Below, one piece after another: positions 40,260 through 52,840 of a stretch of DNA of 64,000 bases. Below the pieces are notes generated by a model. The model saw nothing but the letters and a program-made list of their open reading frames with translations. It was not told where the DNA came from and did not search any database. This DNA is from Botryllus schlosseri. Lineage: Eukaryota. Positions within the stretch are counted from its first letter, which is position 1, and each line of letters starts with the position of its first letter. The stretch lies in assembly GCA_051294905.1 (NCBI GenBank), contig CM119373.1, positions 3,412,001 to 3,476,000 on the forward strand, read 5' to 3'. Made by a program: the position numbers and the translations under genes.

Positions 40260-40660
40260 ACTGCGATACAATGAGAAGATAGGAATAGGTGTCGAAACGA
40301 CTTGGAGTAGGCTAAGTCTTTGAAATCAGGCACCCGCCTTAACCTAGGCGAAGTAGAGAAGAGGCATATGCACACTAAATGAAAAGTAAAAGAAGATGAT
40401 ATAGAAAAATGCGGTGGCATGTGGCGGCTGGCAAGATCGATATGTTAGTTCGTGGTCCGGTAATCCTGAAGTCTGACTAATAGTAGGCCTATTCATCTAG
40501 AAGAAATTGCTTGTATTTCGACTTGAATGCGGACATGCTCGGCGAATGTCGGATAGCCGGGAGATGCTGTTCCACCACTACAGGTCTGGCAACTTGATAG
40601 CGCTATGCGTTTTCTTGTATTCCGCCCTGATCATGTGGTAGTTGTTCTTCGTTTACGCAT
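40260..40660 (-). mobile_element. LINE 3' end copy (same family)
   Basis: ttgcttgtatttcgacttgaatg... matches 10535-10630; 3' UTR matches 8965-9040. Confidence 0.75.
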
Positions 40661-43057
40661 GTTAGTTTCCAGGTTTTGGCGGGCAACGAAAGCACAATTA
40701 TAACTGCTTTTTAAAACTGCTTACTTGAGTAGATTTCAGAGTCACCTAATTCGACTTAAGGATGTTTTTGGCTGCTTCGAAAAGAACTTCTACTCGTACT
40801 TAAGAAGAATTATACGTCGCTACTTCTACTTGAGTAACCTTCTTGACTACATTGACCACCTCTTACGGTTCGCAGTTATCAGAGGTCACTACCTTCGAAA
40901 CTGCTGCAACATGCATCTTCGTAGCTAATTCAAAATTACTATGACATTACAAGTAGCTGACATGTTCGAAAATATGTTCTTAACGTATAATTCGGAGCCT
41001 ATTTCACGCAGTGTGCTGGTGACAATTTCACTGATGAAAGTGATGCAAATTCATCACAAAACAACTTTTCAAAATTGAAAAGTTAATTTGTTTTTCCGAA
41101 AAACTGTCCATGTAGAAGTGGTCTAAAACAGTGGTTCTCAACCGCCAGTCCGTGGACCGGTGCCGGTCCGCGACGTCTTTGCTGCCGGTTCGCAGAGTAT
41201 ATTCAAATTTTATACCTTAATTTCAAGATGCAAGATGCGCGTGATGTTGAAGGCTTGTCAATTGAATAAATTAATAAAACATCAAATTTTGAAGTGATTC
41301 AGAACTTTGTGAGGTAACATTAAGCCAGGAAACATGTTCGATTTGACTTTCAGCTCAAGCCGTCTATGGAGACGACATTGCAGCGACAAACGCGAGCAGA
41401 CTTGCTAATCCACTCAGTTTTTACGATCACTCGTTTTCGATTCATTTATTTTGGGAATAACCCTGTGTCGCTGTTGTCAGTTGTTTTCGTGCGGCGCATT
41501 TTATTCGTAGTACGTCTGTCGATAGTGGAAAATGAGAAAGGTAACACGACAAGGTGCTTGGTCCAACTCCAAAACACCTCTTCTCTCGATGATGTTGTCG
41601 AAGAGAATAATATTATTCAAATTGTCGTGGTCAGTTTATCCACGGCTTTCGGCAGGAAACGCTGTAATCGAATCCCGACGGCCGCACGTTTATCTGGGCC
41701 AGGCAATTTTATCTAGTCTAAGCAGAGTTGATAGCCTAAAATTATATGGAGCCCATAATGAACATATTTGATTACGAACTAAAACCTCAAAATGTCACTC
41801 TAGGACGGGGGTGGGCAATTATTTTTCTCTGCGGGTCAAATGAGAAGCAGAAAATACGTTGGCGTACGAGTCAAAATTTTAGCTATATTTTCAATCGTTT
41901 GAATTTTATTTCTAAATGGAAGCAGTGAATGCCATTGTTCAGTGGATGTGTCGATATTAGGGAATGAGAATGTGACAGGTAATGTATTTGCCAGCATATG
42001 TCGAGTGTCGACACAATGTTAAACATGATACATTTTGAACTGTCTTTAAACCCCTATCCGCGATTTTCGACAAAGACATTAAAATGTATTCGGGATACTA
42101 CAAAGGTTGTTTGCCGCCTTGCGAGCAGTGAGCGAAGCTTGCAATTCTTCTAAATTCACCCTTCCTTGATCGAGTGAATGTCTTCGTCCATAAGACCATG
42201 CAGCTGGGTTGTAACCAAGTCACAAGGTTCCGAGTCACATGTCAATCTCACTTTTATAGTTTTGACTCGAGACAAGTCGAGTCATTTTCAATTCATCACT
42301 GAGTCAAGTCCGAGTCCAAGTCAAGGAGTCGAGTGTTGAGTCCGAGTCATGGTGTTTGACTTAAGTCCGATTCCAAGTCAGTGTGTTTACTGTTCAGTTC
42401 CGATTTAATGTCATATGAAACCCACTTTTTACAACTCTGCTCGGTGATATCGAATGCTTTTCATTCATAATATACTAATTTTCCTCACTTTTAACAGTTT
42501 CTGGCAGCATTCTCAACCTACTGATAGACGAAATAATAATAGCGTGATGACTTTGCTTATTCTTCGAAATTACAATGAAACGCCTGTCTTGGTGGACCCA
42601 GTCTCGAGTCATTTGACTTGGTCCGAGTCATGCTAAATGACTCGAGTACAATGCACAAATTGACTCGATGAGTCACCAAAATATCGCGACTCGAGTCGCG
42701 TTACAACCTTGCATAAGACCGACTTCAATTATACATATTAAACGCGGCAACCCGCTTGGCACTAACTACAAACCTTCTTTGAATTTAAACTTTGGGCTTC
42801 CTATTTATGACATGCCCGTTCGTCCTTTATGGGTGATGATGACACATAGTATTCACGCCATTGATTGACTTCATTTATGAGTATTAAGCACAGACCGTGT
42901 AATTCGGGATATGAGAATGTTGATAAGGAAGGTTTGGTGACTTCTGGTGACAATAATTGTTACGGCTTAATTTGTTACATTGACATTATTTTGAATCTGG
43001 ATTACGCATGCGAGGTATGTAGGCTGCGTAATCGCTGCATATTAATCAACAGGCTTC

Positions 43058-43348
43058 GTTTGTTTGTTTGTTTTCGAGGTATTCATGGTGTGTGTCGACT
43101 ACTATGGTCATTTACACCATGCCAATTTTCATCGGTTTTATTCCGTAGCTGCCGACTTGAAGCACCGCCCACTTCTAGGTTTTGATAAGACGTAGGCTAC
43201 ACCGCTTACACAGATGATAGGGCGAGGAGGAGCCTAGATAAACCTCCAACACTTGAGTACGAATTCTGGAGTCGACCTCGGTCGGACTCGAACCCACAAT
43301 CCATTGGTGTTGCAGCCATGGATTATACCACTACGCTATCTCGCCACG
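43058..43348 (-). mobile_element. tRNA-derived SINE (related copies ~34840-35091, ~39575-39715; tails at ~7500-7610, ~10030-10130, ~56328-56445)
   Basis: Minus strand: A box TAGCGTAGTGG, B box GGTTCGAGTCC, (AAAC)n tail. Confidence 0.8.
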
Positions 43349-44970
43349 ATGAGCAGGCGCGAAAGTAAACGAATTGTCGGTTCAGTGTGCACAGCCTTTG
43401 GTGTTAGTGCACGCAGTAACAGTAAAAAGTAGGTTTTATGTTTTGAATTCCAATCAACTTTTCGCGGGCCGCACTTCGCTCAGGCCTCTCTAAGACCATA
43501 CTTGCAAATAAACGGTTGCATAGTTTATAAAATTTTGGTTGATTTCAATTTTTGAAAGTCCACTGGTCCGCCAGCTATTTTTTGAAATTTCACCGGTCCG
43601 CGAGGTGAAAAAGGTTGAGAACCAGTGGTCTAAAACACCTCCGAGCAATGTTCCCTGTGAGCCACTGGTCCTCAAACTTTTTTCGATGCGCCCTCTTTTA
43701 TGACAGTCAAAACTTTCGCGCCCTCCCTATCGTGATATCAAAAATGATAAGGAGAGCAAGATAGAACGTATGGTCCCTGACTTACCGTGTCTCAATCAAT
43801 CAATCATGTCTGACCCGCGAGTGCTCTGCAGGTTGGAAACCAGCCCGTGACATGAGTCGAGTTTGACACCCCTGATGTAGGCAAAATCTACCTAGGCACT
43901 CCAAAACAGCAGTATCTCGTTACTGACCATTGACCAACTCTACAGGTCAAGCTATATGAGCCAGATAGACCCCTTCGACAAGATATGTAAAAACTGAGAA
44001 ACTTCTTCAAGAAGAGAAAGACTTGAACAACTGATTTGTTCTCCTATATTGTCCGATAGCAATGTACTTTCTAAAGCTTCGACCTACTAGGTTATTGTAG
44101 ACTATCGACTCAAGAAGCAAGGCTTTCTTTGAAATTTCAATGAAACAAAAAGACAAAAACAACGAATGAAGAAAAGTAATTTCCAGTAGGTACAGTAACA
44201 AAAAATGAATTCAATAATTCAATGTCACAGCACCTGATAACACTCTGAAGGTTATGAATCACAGAAATTGCAGATTGGCAAGATTTTCCTAAATATTTCA
44301 CGAAACAAATTCAGAAACAATGGAATAAAGAATAGTTATTTACAGTAGATACAGGTACAGAAATACATGGATTTCAGGTTGCAGCAAATGACAAGACTCC
44401 TAAGATTGGGACACACTTGAAACATTCCAGATTAGCAAATTTTTCCCAAAAATTTCAACGAAACCAAGTTAGCAACAAAGGATGAAGTATAGTTATTTAC
44501 AGTGGGAAGGAACAAAAATGCATGAATTTTATGACTTAAAACATTGCAGGTTACAACAAACAAATGAGACAAAGAGCAATATGATTTTTACGAAATATAA
44601 GAGACGTAATATGCCGAGTACAGTGTGATGCTCCGATTGCAATGACACCAGTATATTAACTTCGAAAACACATATCGCCCTGAATCACGCAAGAGTGGAG
44701 AAAATTGTCACAAAACTTTTGGAGTTGATTGGTAATTGCATGCTGACCGTCAAAAACGGACGCTAATTGAATTACGTGTCGAAATTCGCAACATTACATA
44801 ATGCTTCAGCCGCAGGTCTGTCACCTCTTAAATAGCCGCAACTATTGTGCCTGAACAAACTCGCAAGGCGCGTACCCGGCCAGATCGTATTATGCAGCCC
44901 GAGGTATTTTTTTAATCTCTCGTACTTTTTTGAATGAGCTGGACTCATATTCGTGGAACCCGAATGGTGA

Positions 44971-45388
44971 TTTAACACGCAAAGACGTGCTTCCTGCACT
45001 TCAACAAAGTAATGTAGTGTACGAATATAGGTGCCACTGTGATTGTGGCTACGTGGGAAGAACGTCAAGACGTCTGCAGGACCGCATAAACCAACATGTC
45101 CCCAGATTTATCAGAACACGTGCGTCACGCGATGTGAAAAGCTCACCCTTAACTCATCCACTTAAGATTGATGCTGATCGATCAAAGGCAATTAATTCTG
45201 CCATCGGCAAACATTTGTTGGATAATCCGATTTGTGCGAATAATTATCGAGACGACCGATTTCGAATCGTAGGTCGAGGCCGTTCACAATTCCATTTGTG
45301 TGCCTTGGAATCAACTTTTATCAAAATACACCAACCAAAACTCTGTCAACAAAAGGAGTTCGTGTATCACCTAAAAATAGTACATTGA
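44971..45388 (+). pseudogene. GIY-YIG endonuclease domain of a Penelope-like element (RT portion missing)
   Basis: VVY...YVG motif, catalytic R (RINQH) and E (LES); open frame to TGA but no RT or genuine start. Confidence 0.88.
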
Positions 45389-45489
45389 ACGCTCTCTCAT
45401 TCGAAATTTCATGCTGGTGACGTCATATTTTGTGATACGATTGTTGATATACAATGTTCTTTCCAATTCTCTACTAGTTGCTGACGATT

Positions 45490-45523
45490 ACCCCTGACGA
45501 GTGTCAGCCGAAAATATTCGGGT
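45490..45523 (+). ncRNA. Minimal type I hammerhead ribozyme in the Penelope pLTR
   Basis: accc-CTGACGA-g(tgtcagc)c-GAAA-atat-TC-gggt: stem I accc/gggt, 1-bp stem II, palindromic stem III AATATT, cleavage predicted after C45519. Confidence 0.8.
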
Positions 45524-45980
45524 TCATTTCAATATGAATATACTATTTAATTGATTTAATATTAATGAACCAAATTGAAAGATGAGTCCACAAAGGGAGC
45601 ATATACAAAGTCGCTCGAGGCTATCCTCGAGATCTTCCGGTTATTTCCCACCAACTGTTTTAGTGGCTCATCACTGAGTTCGAAGCGGCCAATTGTGAGT
45701 TAGAAACTTTGCAGTTGAGACGCTTTTAAAGCTCGTAAGTACACGGAGGTATCAGAAAAATGGGCTGATAATAGGAACGAGAGTGTTGAAGGTTTGTCGA
45801 AACACAATTTTGTCTTTTCCTTATAACAGCCGACGATCTATATAATACAGACTTTTTCAGAATTCAATTGTACATTTTGTATGATCAATATCAAAAAATG
45901 TCCTCTGGAATGTGTCCTATAAGCTGCTTAGGGATATCTAGATATCCCTGGATTTGCTAAATTTAATTTAAAGAAGATAT

Positions 45981-46874
45981 CAGTGTTGGGATGACTCGAG
46001 TCATGACTTGACTCGAGTCAACTTTTTCGTATGACTTGACTTGACTCGGCGCTTCAGAAATGTGTATTGACTCGTGACTCGGAGCAAAATTTACGAGTCA
46101 ATTTCAAGTCATCAAGTAAACGGTGTCGGTTAAATCTCTGTATCTTTTTTATGTTCGGATTATTCGCGATACGCATGTGTCACTTGTGAGAGCAACCAGT
46201 CATTCACTGATTGTACCTTTCAGTGGCCCCCTTACATCACAAATAAATTGACCGAAAACGAAATGATCACAGCTTACGTTTATGTGAAATCAGAAGTATA
46301 ATCTAATAACAAACGTATCTCTGTTTCTTAGACGGCTTACATCGCGCAGTGCCCACCTTAGCCGACCTCCTTGTATGAATTGAATGGAACGAATGTATAG
46401 TTTATGCGTTTATATTCTCACGGATGTGTAGATGGGTAGTGTATTATGCCATATCAATAATGTTTCAACTTCTCGACGCTTCGTATTCGATCCTATATTT
46501 TGCCTCAAGTATTTTATTAGCTGCTCTACGTCTGCGTGAGCGATACAACGCCCTTTGGCATGTATATTTGACTTTATACTCGTTATTAATGGAAGATATA
46601 TGACCAATTCATCTGTCTGTCACAAATCTAGCAAAATGTAATGACTTTGAATCATCACTCATACTTCGAAAAACCAATTTGACTTGAATTGTGACTTGAC
46701 TCGTGACTTGACTTGAATTCACTCGACTTGACTCGAGTCACCTCCAAATCACGAGTGACTTGACATGACTCGAGTCACCTTCGAAAATCGATTGACTTGA
46801 CTCGACTCGAGTCAAAATGTGGAATGACTCGAAATGACTCCTGACTCGAAGGTAGTGACTTGATCCCAACACTG
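45981..46874. mobile_element. Family B element, inverted relative to 14648-15621
   Basis: TIR CAGTGTTGGGAT; TSD GAAGATAT. Confidence 0.9.
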
Positions 46875-47121
46875 GAAGATATACGCATACGCTACTCGTT
46901 TAACGCAATTCACGCAAAAAGATAAGCTAATTGCAAAGTTCAATTCGTACAACGTGTCGTTCCGAGAAATATCCGACTTTAATTAAATATATAATGTTAT
47001 AGTAGGCCTATGGCTAAATTATTATAGAAGTACTTGAAGTCAATGCCATTTCGGGGAATCTAGTCTGGCCATTATTGTTTATTATTGCCAATAAGGTAGA
47101 CTACAGCGATAACGTAATAAT

Positions 47122-47948
47122 TAAGGCTATTTAAAGTCATTAAAATCATATTTTTTCTATGCATCAGTAAGTCGTGAAATCAATTTTAACGCAAAAACTG
47201 CATCCCTGTGAGGTATATTGAAAGTTATAAAGTAATATTTTCCTGGTTGGGTCATAAATCCGTTTCTTCAGTTATATAGTCATATTTTTGAGTTATAAAT
47301 TCATATCGTTATATACTTTAAATAAAAAATTCCAATTTGAGCGATGAAGCAATTGAGCACTAAGAAAGTAAGGCAGTTACTCGTTGGGATAGCTGGTTGA
47401 ATGCTGCTCAATATGATGACAGAAGACTTCCACAAGTTCAAGACATATACTCAATGGGAAGTTAACAGAAATATGCCTCCACTACAACAATATTTCAAAA
47501 TTTATACTCTAAATGGAAAGTTGTACGTACATCATCAAAGAGGCTCATGCCGATCTAAATACCCTTGATTTCGGAAAAGATCTGCTTGAGCTCAGAAATT
47601 ACATGAAGAAGCGATTGGACAAAAACGATGTGAAACAAATTATGGAGCTACAACGACAAGACATTTCGCCAGCGCTGTATGCAAAACTGCAGAAGTGTCA
47701 ACCTCATCAGCGTCAGTGAAGTCATTTTACGTCCAAATCGTAACTTCAAAGACTCTAACATTCCACACTACATGAAACTGTACTACAACAGTGGCTTAAA
47801 ATAAAAATGGATGTGTATTACTGTTATGTTGCGTATGTTTTACTCCGTAATTCCGTGAGTAAAAATACGCGATTTTCACATAAAGTCATATTTTCCAAAA
47901 ATTAAAGTCATATTATTGATTTTTTAAAGTCATATAAAAATGGCCCTA
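47122..47948 (+). mobile_element. Internally deleted hAT transposon with decayed transposase fragments
   Basis: 8-bp TSD GTAATAAT (47114-47121/47949-47956); imperfect TIRs TAAGGCTATTT/TAGGGCCATTT; motifs AVTRWDSWLNAAQY (47373-47414), CQP..SASVKSF (dimerisation motif, frameshifted) and RNFKDSNIPHYMKLYYN. Confidence 0.8.
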
Positions 47949-48956
47949 GTAATAATGAATGACTTTTTGATTTTTCAAGTGGGATATGATCTCTTTTGAC
48001 ATTAATCGTATCTCCGTGTCATTGCCAAGGCCCAAGGTCCTGTGCAACTTACGAATCGCTACCCCGACCTTTAAACTCGTTTGCAATGAGAGAAACGAGT
48101 TTTAACTAGTTATTTATTTATAATATGTATTAGTTTATACTGAGATCGTCATCGTGTATTTTTCATTTTTATATCCTTTGATATAAATTTCGAGCCTAAT
48201 AAATTTATTTTCATCCGCTCAAGACACACAATGCAGTATGCAATACATATGGCACATCCGATATAATGAACGGATAGAAGATTGCTGAAACCCGAAACGA
48301 TATGCCCTGGCCTAATGCCTGATTTAATAATGTTCGCTATATATCTTTTGACGCTTCTCCTTGCTCTCTTTATTCACTTTATATTTTGTATTACTTTGTA
48401 TTCGTCATTCACCAGGTCTTTTTTGAAAAGACGCTGTATATGAACACTGACGTATCATCATGTATGCGACGAGGAGCCCGGACATCAATATACATCACGT
48501 GATTATACAATGCCCGTCCGGCCGAAGATGATAGCGGTCTCAAACCACCTCTTTCAACTTCCAATCCAAACATAAGAAGCAAACAATTCAGATTTTCTGG
48601 CGCCGGCAGTAAAGACATAATGACGTGACGATTTACATCCTGGATCAAGCATTTTTTTCGTAACGGCTGGAAGAGCCCACCGCTGAAACTTTGCTCCCGG
48701 TCTTCCCCTATATTTGGATATGAAATTTAAATCATAATGTAGGCATGCAATTTGCAGACAAGCAAAATAGGATTTGGATTTTAAAATGGCCAAAGGAAAC
48801 AAATTGAACGTTTCAATTTTCCCGAGGACATATACCTGAATTTTCATTCGAATTTTGCAATTTCAATGTTGAAAGTATAGGGTAGGTAGCAAAATATATA
48901 TTTTGATTTCAAGAAGAAAAAAGTTGGATTTGAAATTATGATTTATGCGCGGACTA

Positions 48957-50240
48957 CATGCAGAATAAGGTCAGTCACATGCAAAATAAGGTCAGTCGCA
49001 TGCAAAATAAGGTCAGTCACATGCAAAATAAGGTCAGTGGCGACATGCAAAATAAGGTCAGTCACATGCAAAATAAGGTCAGTCACATGCAAAATAAGGT
49101 CAGTGGCGACATGCAAAATAAGGTCAGTCACATGCAAAATAAGGTCAGTCACATGCAAAATAAGGTCAGTGGCGACATGCAAAATAAGGTCAGTCACATG
49201 CAAAATAAGGTCAGTCGCATGCAAAATAAGGTCAGTCGCTAGCAAAATAAGGTCAGTCACATGCAAAATAAGGTCAGTCACATGCAAAATAAGGTCAGTG
49301 GCGACATGCAAAATAAGGTCAGTCACATGCAAAATAAGGTCAGTCACATGCAAAATAAGGTCAGTGGCGACATGCAAAATAAGGTCAGTGGCGACATGCA
49401 AAATAAGGTCAGTAACATGCAAAATAAGGTCAGTCACATGCAAAATAAGGTCAGTGGCGACATGCAAAATAAGGTCAGTCGCATGCAAAATAAGGTCAGT
49501 CACATGCAAAATAAGGTCAGTCACATGCAAAATAAGGTCAGTCACATGCAAAATAAAGTCAGTCACATGCAAAATAAGGTCAGTCACATGCAAAATAAGG
49601 TCAGTGGCGACATGCAAAATAAGGTCAGTCACATGCAAAATAAGGTCAGTCACATGCAAAATAAGGTCAGTCGCTAGCAAAATAAGGTCAGTCACATGCA
49701 GAATAAGGTCAGTCACATGCAAAATAAGGTCAGTGGCGACATGCAAAATAAGGTCAGTCACATGCAAAATAAGGTCAGTCGCTAGCAAAATAAGGTCAGT
49801 CACATGCAACATAAGGTCAGTCACATGCAAAATAAGGTCAGTGGCGACATGCAAAATAAGGTCAGTCACATGCAAAATAAGGTCAGTCACATGCAAAATA
49901 AGGTCAGTGGCGACATGCAAAATAAGGTCAGTCACATGCAAAATAAGGTCAGTCACATGCAAAATAAGGTCAGTGGCGACATGCAAAATAAGGTCAGTCG
50001 CATGCAAAATAAGGTCAGTCACATGCAAAATAAGGTCAGTCACATGCAAAATAAGGTCAGTCACATGCAAAATAAGGTCAGTCACATGCAAAATAAGGTC
50101 AGTCACATGCAAAATAAGGTCAGTGGCGACATGCAAAATAAGGTCAGTCACATGCAAAATAAGGTCAGTCACATGCAAAATAAGGTCAGTCGCTAGCAAA
50201 ATAAGGTCAGTCGCTAGCAAAATAATCTATAAGGTCAGTG
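48957..50240 (+). repeat. Minisatellite array of ~55-60 units, same 21/24-bp family, inverted relative to 38197-39330
   Basis: Directly visible; a short opposite-orientation array lies at ~50706-50815. Confidence 0.97.
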
Positions 50241-52592
50241 GCGCAAAGAAAAAAGTTGGATTTGAAGTAAATATTTGGATTTATACACGGACTGTTAATA
50301 TTCTAGATGCGACCAATCACCTCGTAATGGTAATAATCGTCTCATTGTATTTTGTTGAAACATCTTCAGCTTTAGGATATAGATAAGGAATCTCGAACAT
50401 GAAATTACTATATAGGAAAGATATTTTAAATTTATTGTTGATAAGAGAAAGAGTTGGATTTGTAATTGAAATATGGATTTGGATTTATGCGCGGACTGAT
50501 AATAATATTCTTCATGCGACTGACTTTCATAATCAAGATAATCATGATTATCTTTTGATTGAAACATCTTAAGACTTAGGATATAGATAAGGAATTTTAC
50601 TGTTGAAAGTAGGCTACTATATACAGGAAAGATATTTCGAATTTCGTTTTCATAAGAAAAAGAGTTGGATTTGGAATTGAAGTATAGATTTGGATTTATG
50701 CGCGGACTGACCTTATTTTGCATGTCGCGACTGACCTTATTTTGCATGTGACTGACCTTATTTTGCATGTCGCGACTGACCTTATTTTGCATGTTTTTGA
50801 CCTTATTTTGCATGTCATCGCACCAACCCTGTAGCAGAATTCGGCTACCAGGTATTCTATAGGAAACAGCGTTTGCGAAATATGCCAAACATTTTCAGAC
50901 TTAACGGAGTGCCGCTGTCATTGTGTATATGCACGGATTTTACCAATCCTTCGCAATAACAATAACGCAACACACGGAAATTGGTAGGGTATATGCTGTT
51001 ATCACAGGTCTGTCCTTAGGCAACTGTCTAACAACGTTCGATGCTGCTGCAACTTGACGCTATACTCACTGCATTGATTCACGTACCGTGTAATCGTGTG
51101 CTATTGTTGAATTACGCATCGGCGGCTGCACCGTAGCCCTAGTCTGTACCAACCTGCTAATTGCTGACGCTTGATGACGCATATTTGTCATACACACTGG
51201 AATTGTGGTCTCGCGGGCTGCAGCCAAAGGTTTTCACGATTTAGTAGGGATTTCGATTTCAATGTGGAATAATGAACAAGCCGGGAATGGAACTATTGTC
51301 ATTCGAGACGTATTAGGTATAGTAAAGGGCAATTTAGCCTGTGAAACGACGCGTATCCGTACGGATGACGGTAATTCGTAAATCATCAATTCACAAATAA
51401 CTAACTATTCTGCAAATAGTCCCTCGGGTTGAATTGACGGTAGGACCGAGGGTAAGTTAGGCTAACCTAAAGCACTCCACAATCGATTATAATTGGTAGT
51501 CAAGAAACAGCTCCGAAACTTGCATCGATCCCAAATATATTACCTAATTGAGGCTTTCTGGTCCGTCAATCAATAGTCGCCGTCAGACATCGTAAAGAAA
51601 TGGCTATAGGCACCCAGTCACGCGATATTGATTTAGGCTCGGGAATCGGTGCAGGATTGGTACCGCACTATAGCTTATTCTCTTTCAAGCTACGAAGACG
51701 GTATACTAGGGTTAGGTAATGTTGTGGTTAATCGCATGCCATTGGCGCGGGGATAGGCAACCTTTCGTATGCAGCGTGCCAAAATGTAAAAAATGTCAAA
51801 ATATTACCAACTGGATGGCTTGCCAAACATTGTTAATTTTGTCATTTTTAGTGTTTCAAGCTAGGAATCCCACCAACCGCTAATCTGCAGCTATAGCAAC
51901 GAAATCGAATACGCCAGTTATAAGTAATATGCCCCAAAATACCCTATTTTATGTTGATTTACGAAATAATTGTGGTTTGTCTTCTAGCTTTATAATCTTG
52001 AAAACTTACGTTACACGTTTTGCAACAAACATGGTTATGATGTGTCGTACACGTCAAATCATTTGGCGAGCCATGAAAAATCATCTCGCGTGCCCTGCGT
52101 TAACAAATTTCACTGTAGCCTAGGAATGGGCACAATGATTCGAGTAGGAGCAATGATCTTTTCGAGTACTAAAATTTTACGCTCCTTGCCACTGTAAATT
52201 GAAAAGTAAATTCATCAACGACAATTACAGTTTCGGTACTATTTTCCACTGCGGGAGCCTTGAATACCAGACTTTCTTTATTGTGATGTAGAACCGGCTG
52301 TATATTCTTTGTAATCGCATACAAAGGGACATATATATGCGAACTTTTCACAATGCCGCACTGTTGTGACGTCATAATGAGTCATACTCGAATATTCGAC
52401 TCGAATCACTCAGGAACTCGATTTTTCCCAGCCTAGTTAATAAGTTATTTCTCTAAAACAAGCTACGGCCCTAGAAACCGTATTCTATTATGACGTCACA
52501 AGAGCCGCCAGTGTTGGAAGAATAGATTTCAGCAAAATGCAGTGAAACATCCATTCTTCGAGACGCCGAGGCCTAAAACATCGCTCACTATT

Positions 52593-52840
52593 ATGTCTGG
52601 TTTCTTCTCGGGTAGCGCGCCAGTAAATTCATACACCGCGGAGGAGAACGTGTGTGTTGGCGTTGTGGAATGTCTCGCGGAATCGCTCAGAAAATTTCTG
52701 GGAACTCTGGAAGAGGTCGACCAAAAAGAGATTTTCGAAGAGCTGTTTTACGATCCTATCATCTCCAATGCCTTGCTGCTCATAGAAGTGACAGCGGTCT
52801 GTGTGTTCGCTCGCCATGGAATCTCAAAAGTCGTTCAGAA
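52593..52840 (+). CDS. Exon 1 of an uncharacterised spliced gene (MSGFFSGSAPVNSY...VFARHGISKVVQ), possibly RUN-domain-like
   Basis: ATG at 52593, coding-like composition, donor AA|gtaagt (phase 2). Confidence 0.75.

Larger units (their letters stand above)
44944..45553 (+). mobile_element. 5'-truncated Penelope-like retroelement (GIY-YIG endonuclease C-terminus plus 3' pLTR)
   Basis: ORF KDVLP...SNVVYEYRCHCDCGYVGRTSRRLQDRINQH...SAIGKH...LESTFIKIHQPKLCQQ, followed by a pLTR with a hammerhead core. A short inverted pLTR fragment (catattcgtggaacccgaat) sits at the 5' junction. Confidence 0.9.
37808..50834. mobile_element. ~13-kb foldback-like/composite element with ~1.5-1.9 kb inverted arms
   Basis: 37811 AGGGTTGGTGCGATGACATGCAAAATAAGG... 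is the reverse complement of the sequence ending at 50830. Inverted near-identity continues through unique spacer and minisatellite. Direct repeat CAGAATTCG lies at 37799-37807 and 50835-50843. Confidence 0.65.

Noticed and set aside
43270..43348. tRNA genes (also ~31600-31665, ~33990-34064, ~35020-35091, ~39640-39715)
   Set aside because: A/B boxes are present but there is no proper acceptor stem, and they continue into shared SINE bodies and tails.
48938..50386. 482-aa and 425-aa repetitive ORFs; possible CRISPR-like array
   Set aside because: Same minisatellite. Units are directly adjacent with only 5-8 nt recurring variants, there are no unique spacers and no cas genes, and the DNA is eukaryotic.
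52491..52498. CRE motif TGACGTCA ~100 bp upstream of the plus-strand ATG
   Set aside because: TGACGTCA recurs many times in this window, often inside MITEs, so one occurrence is not informative.
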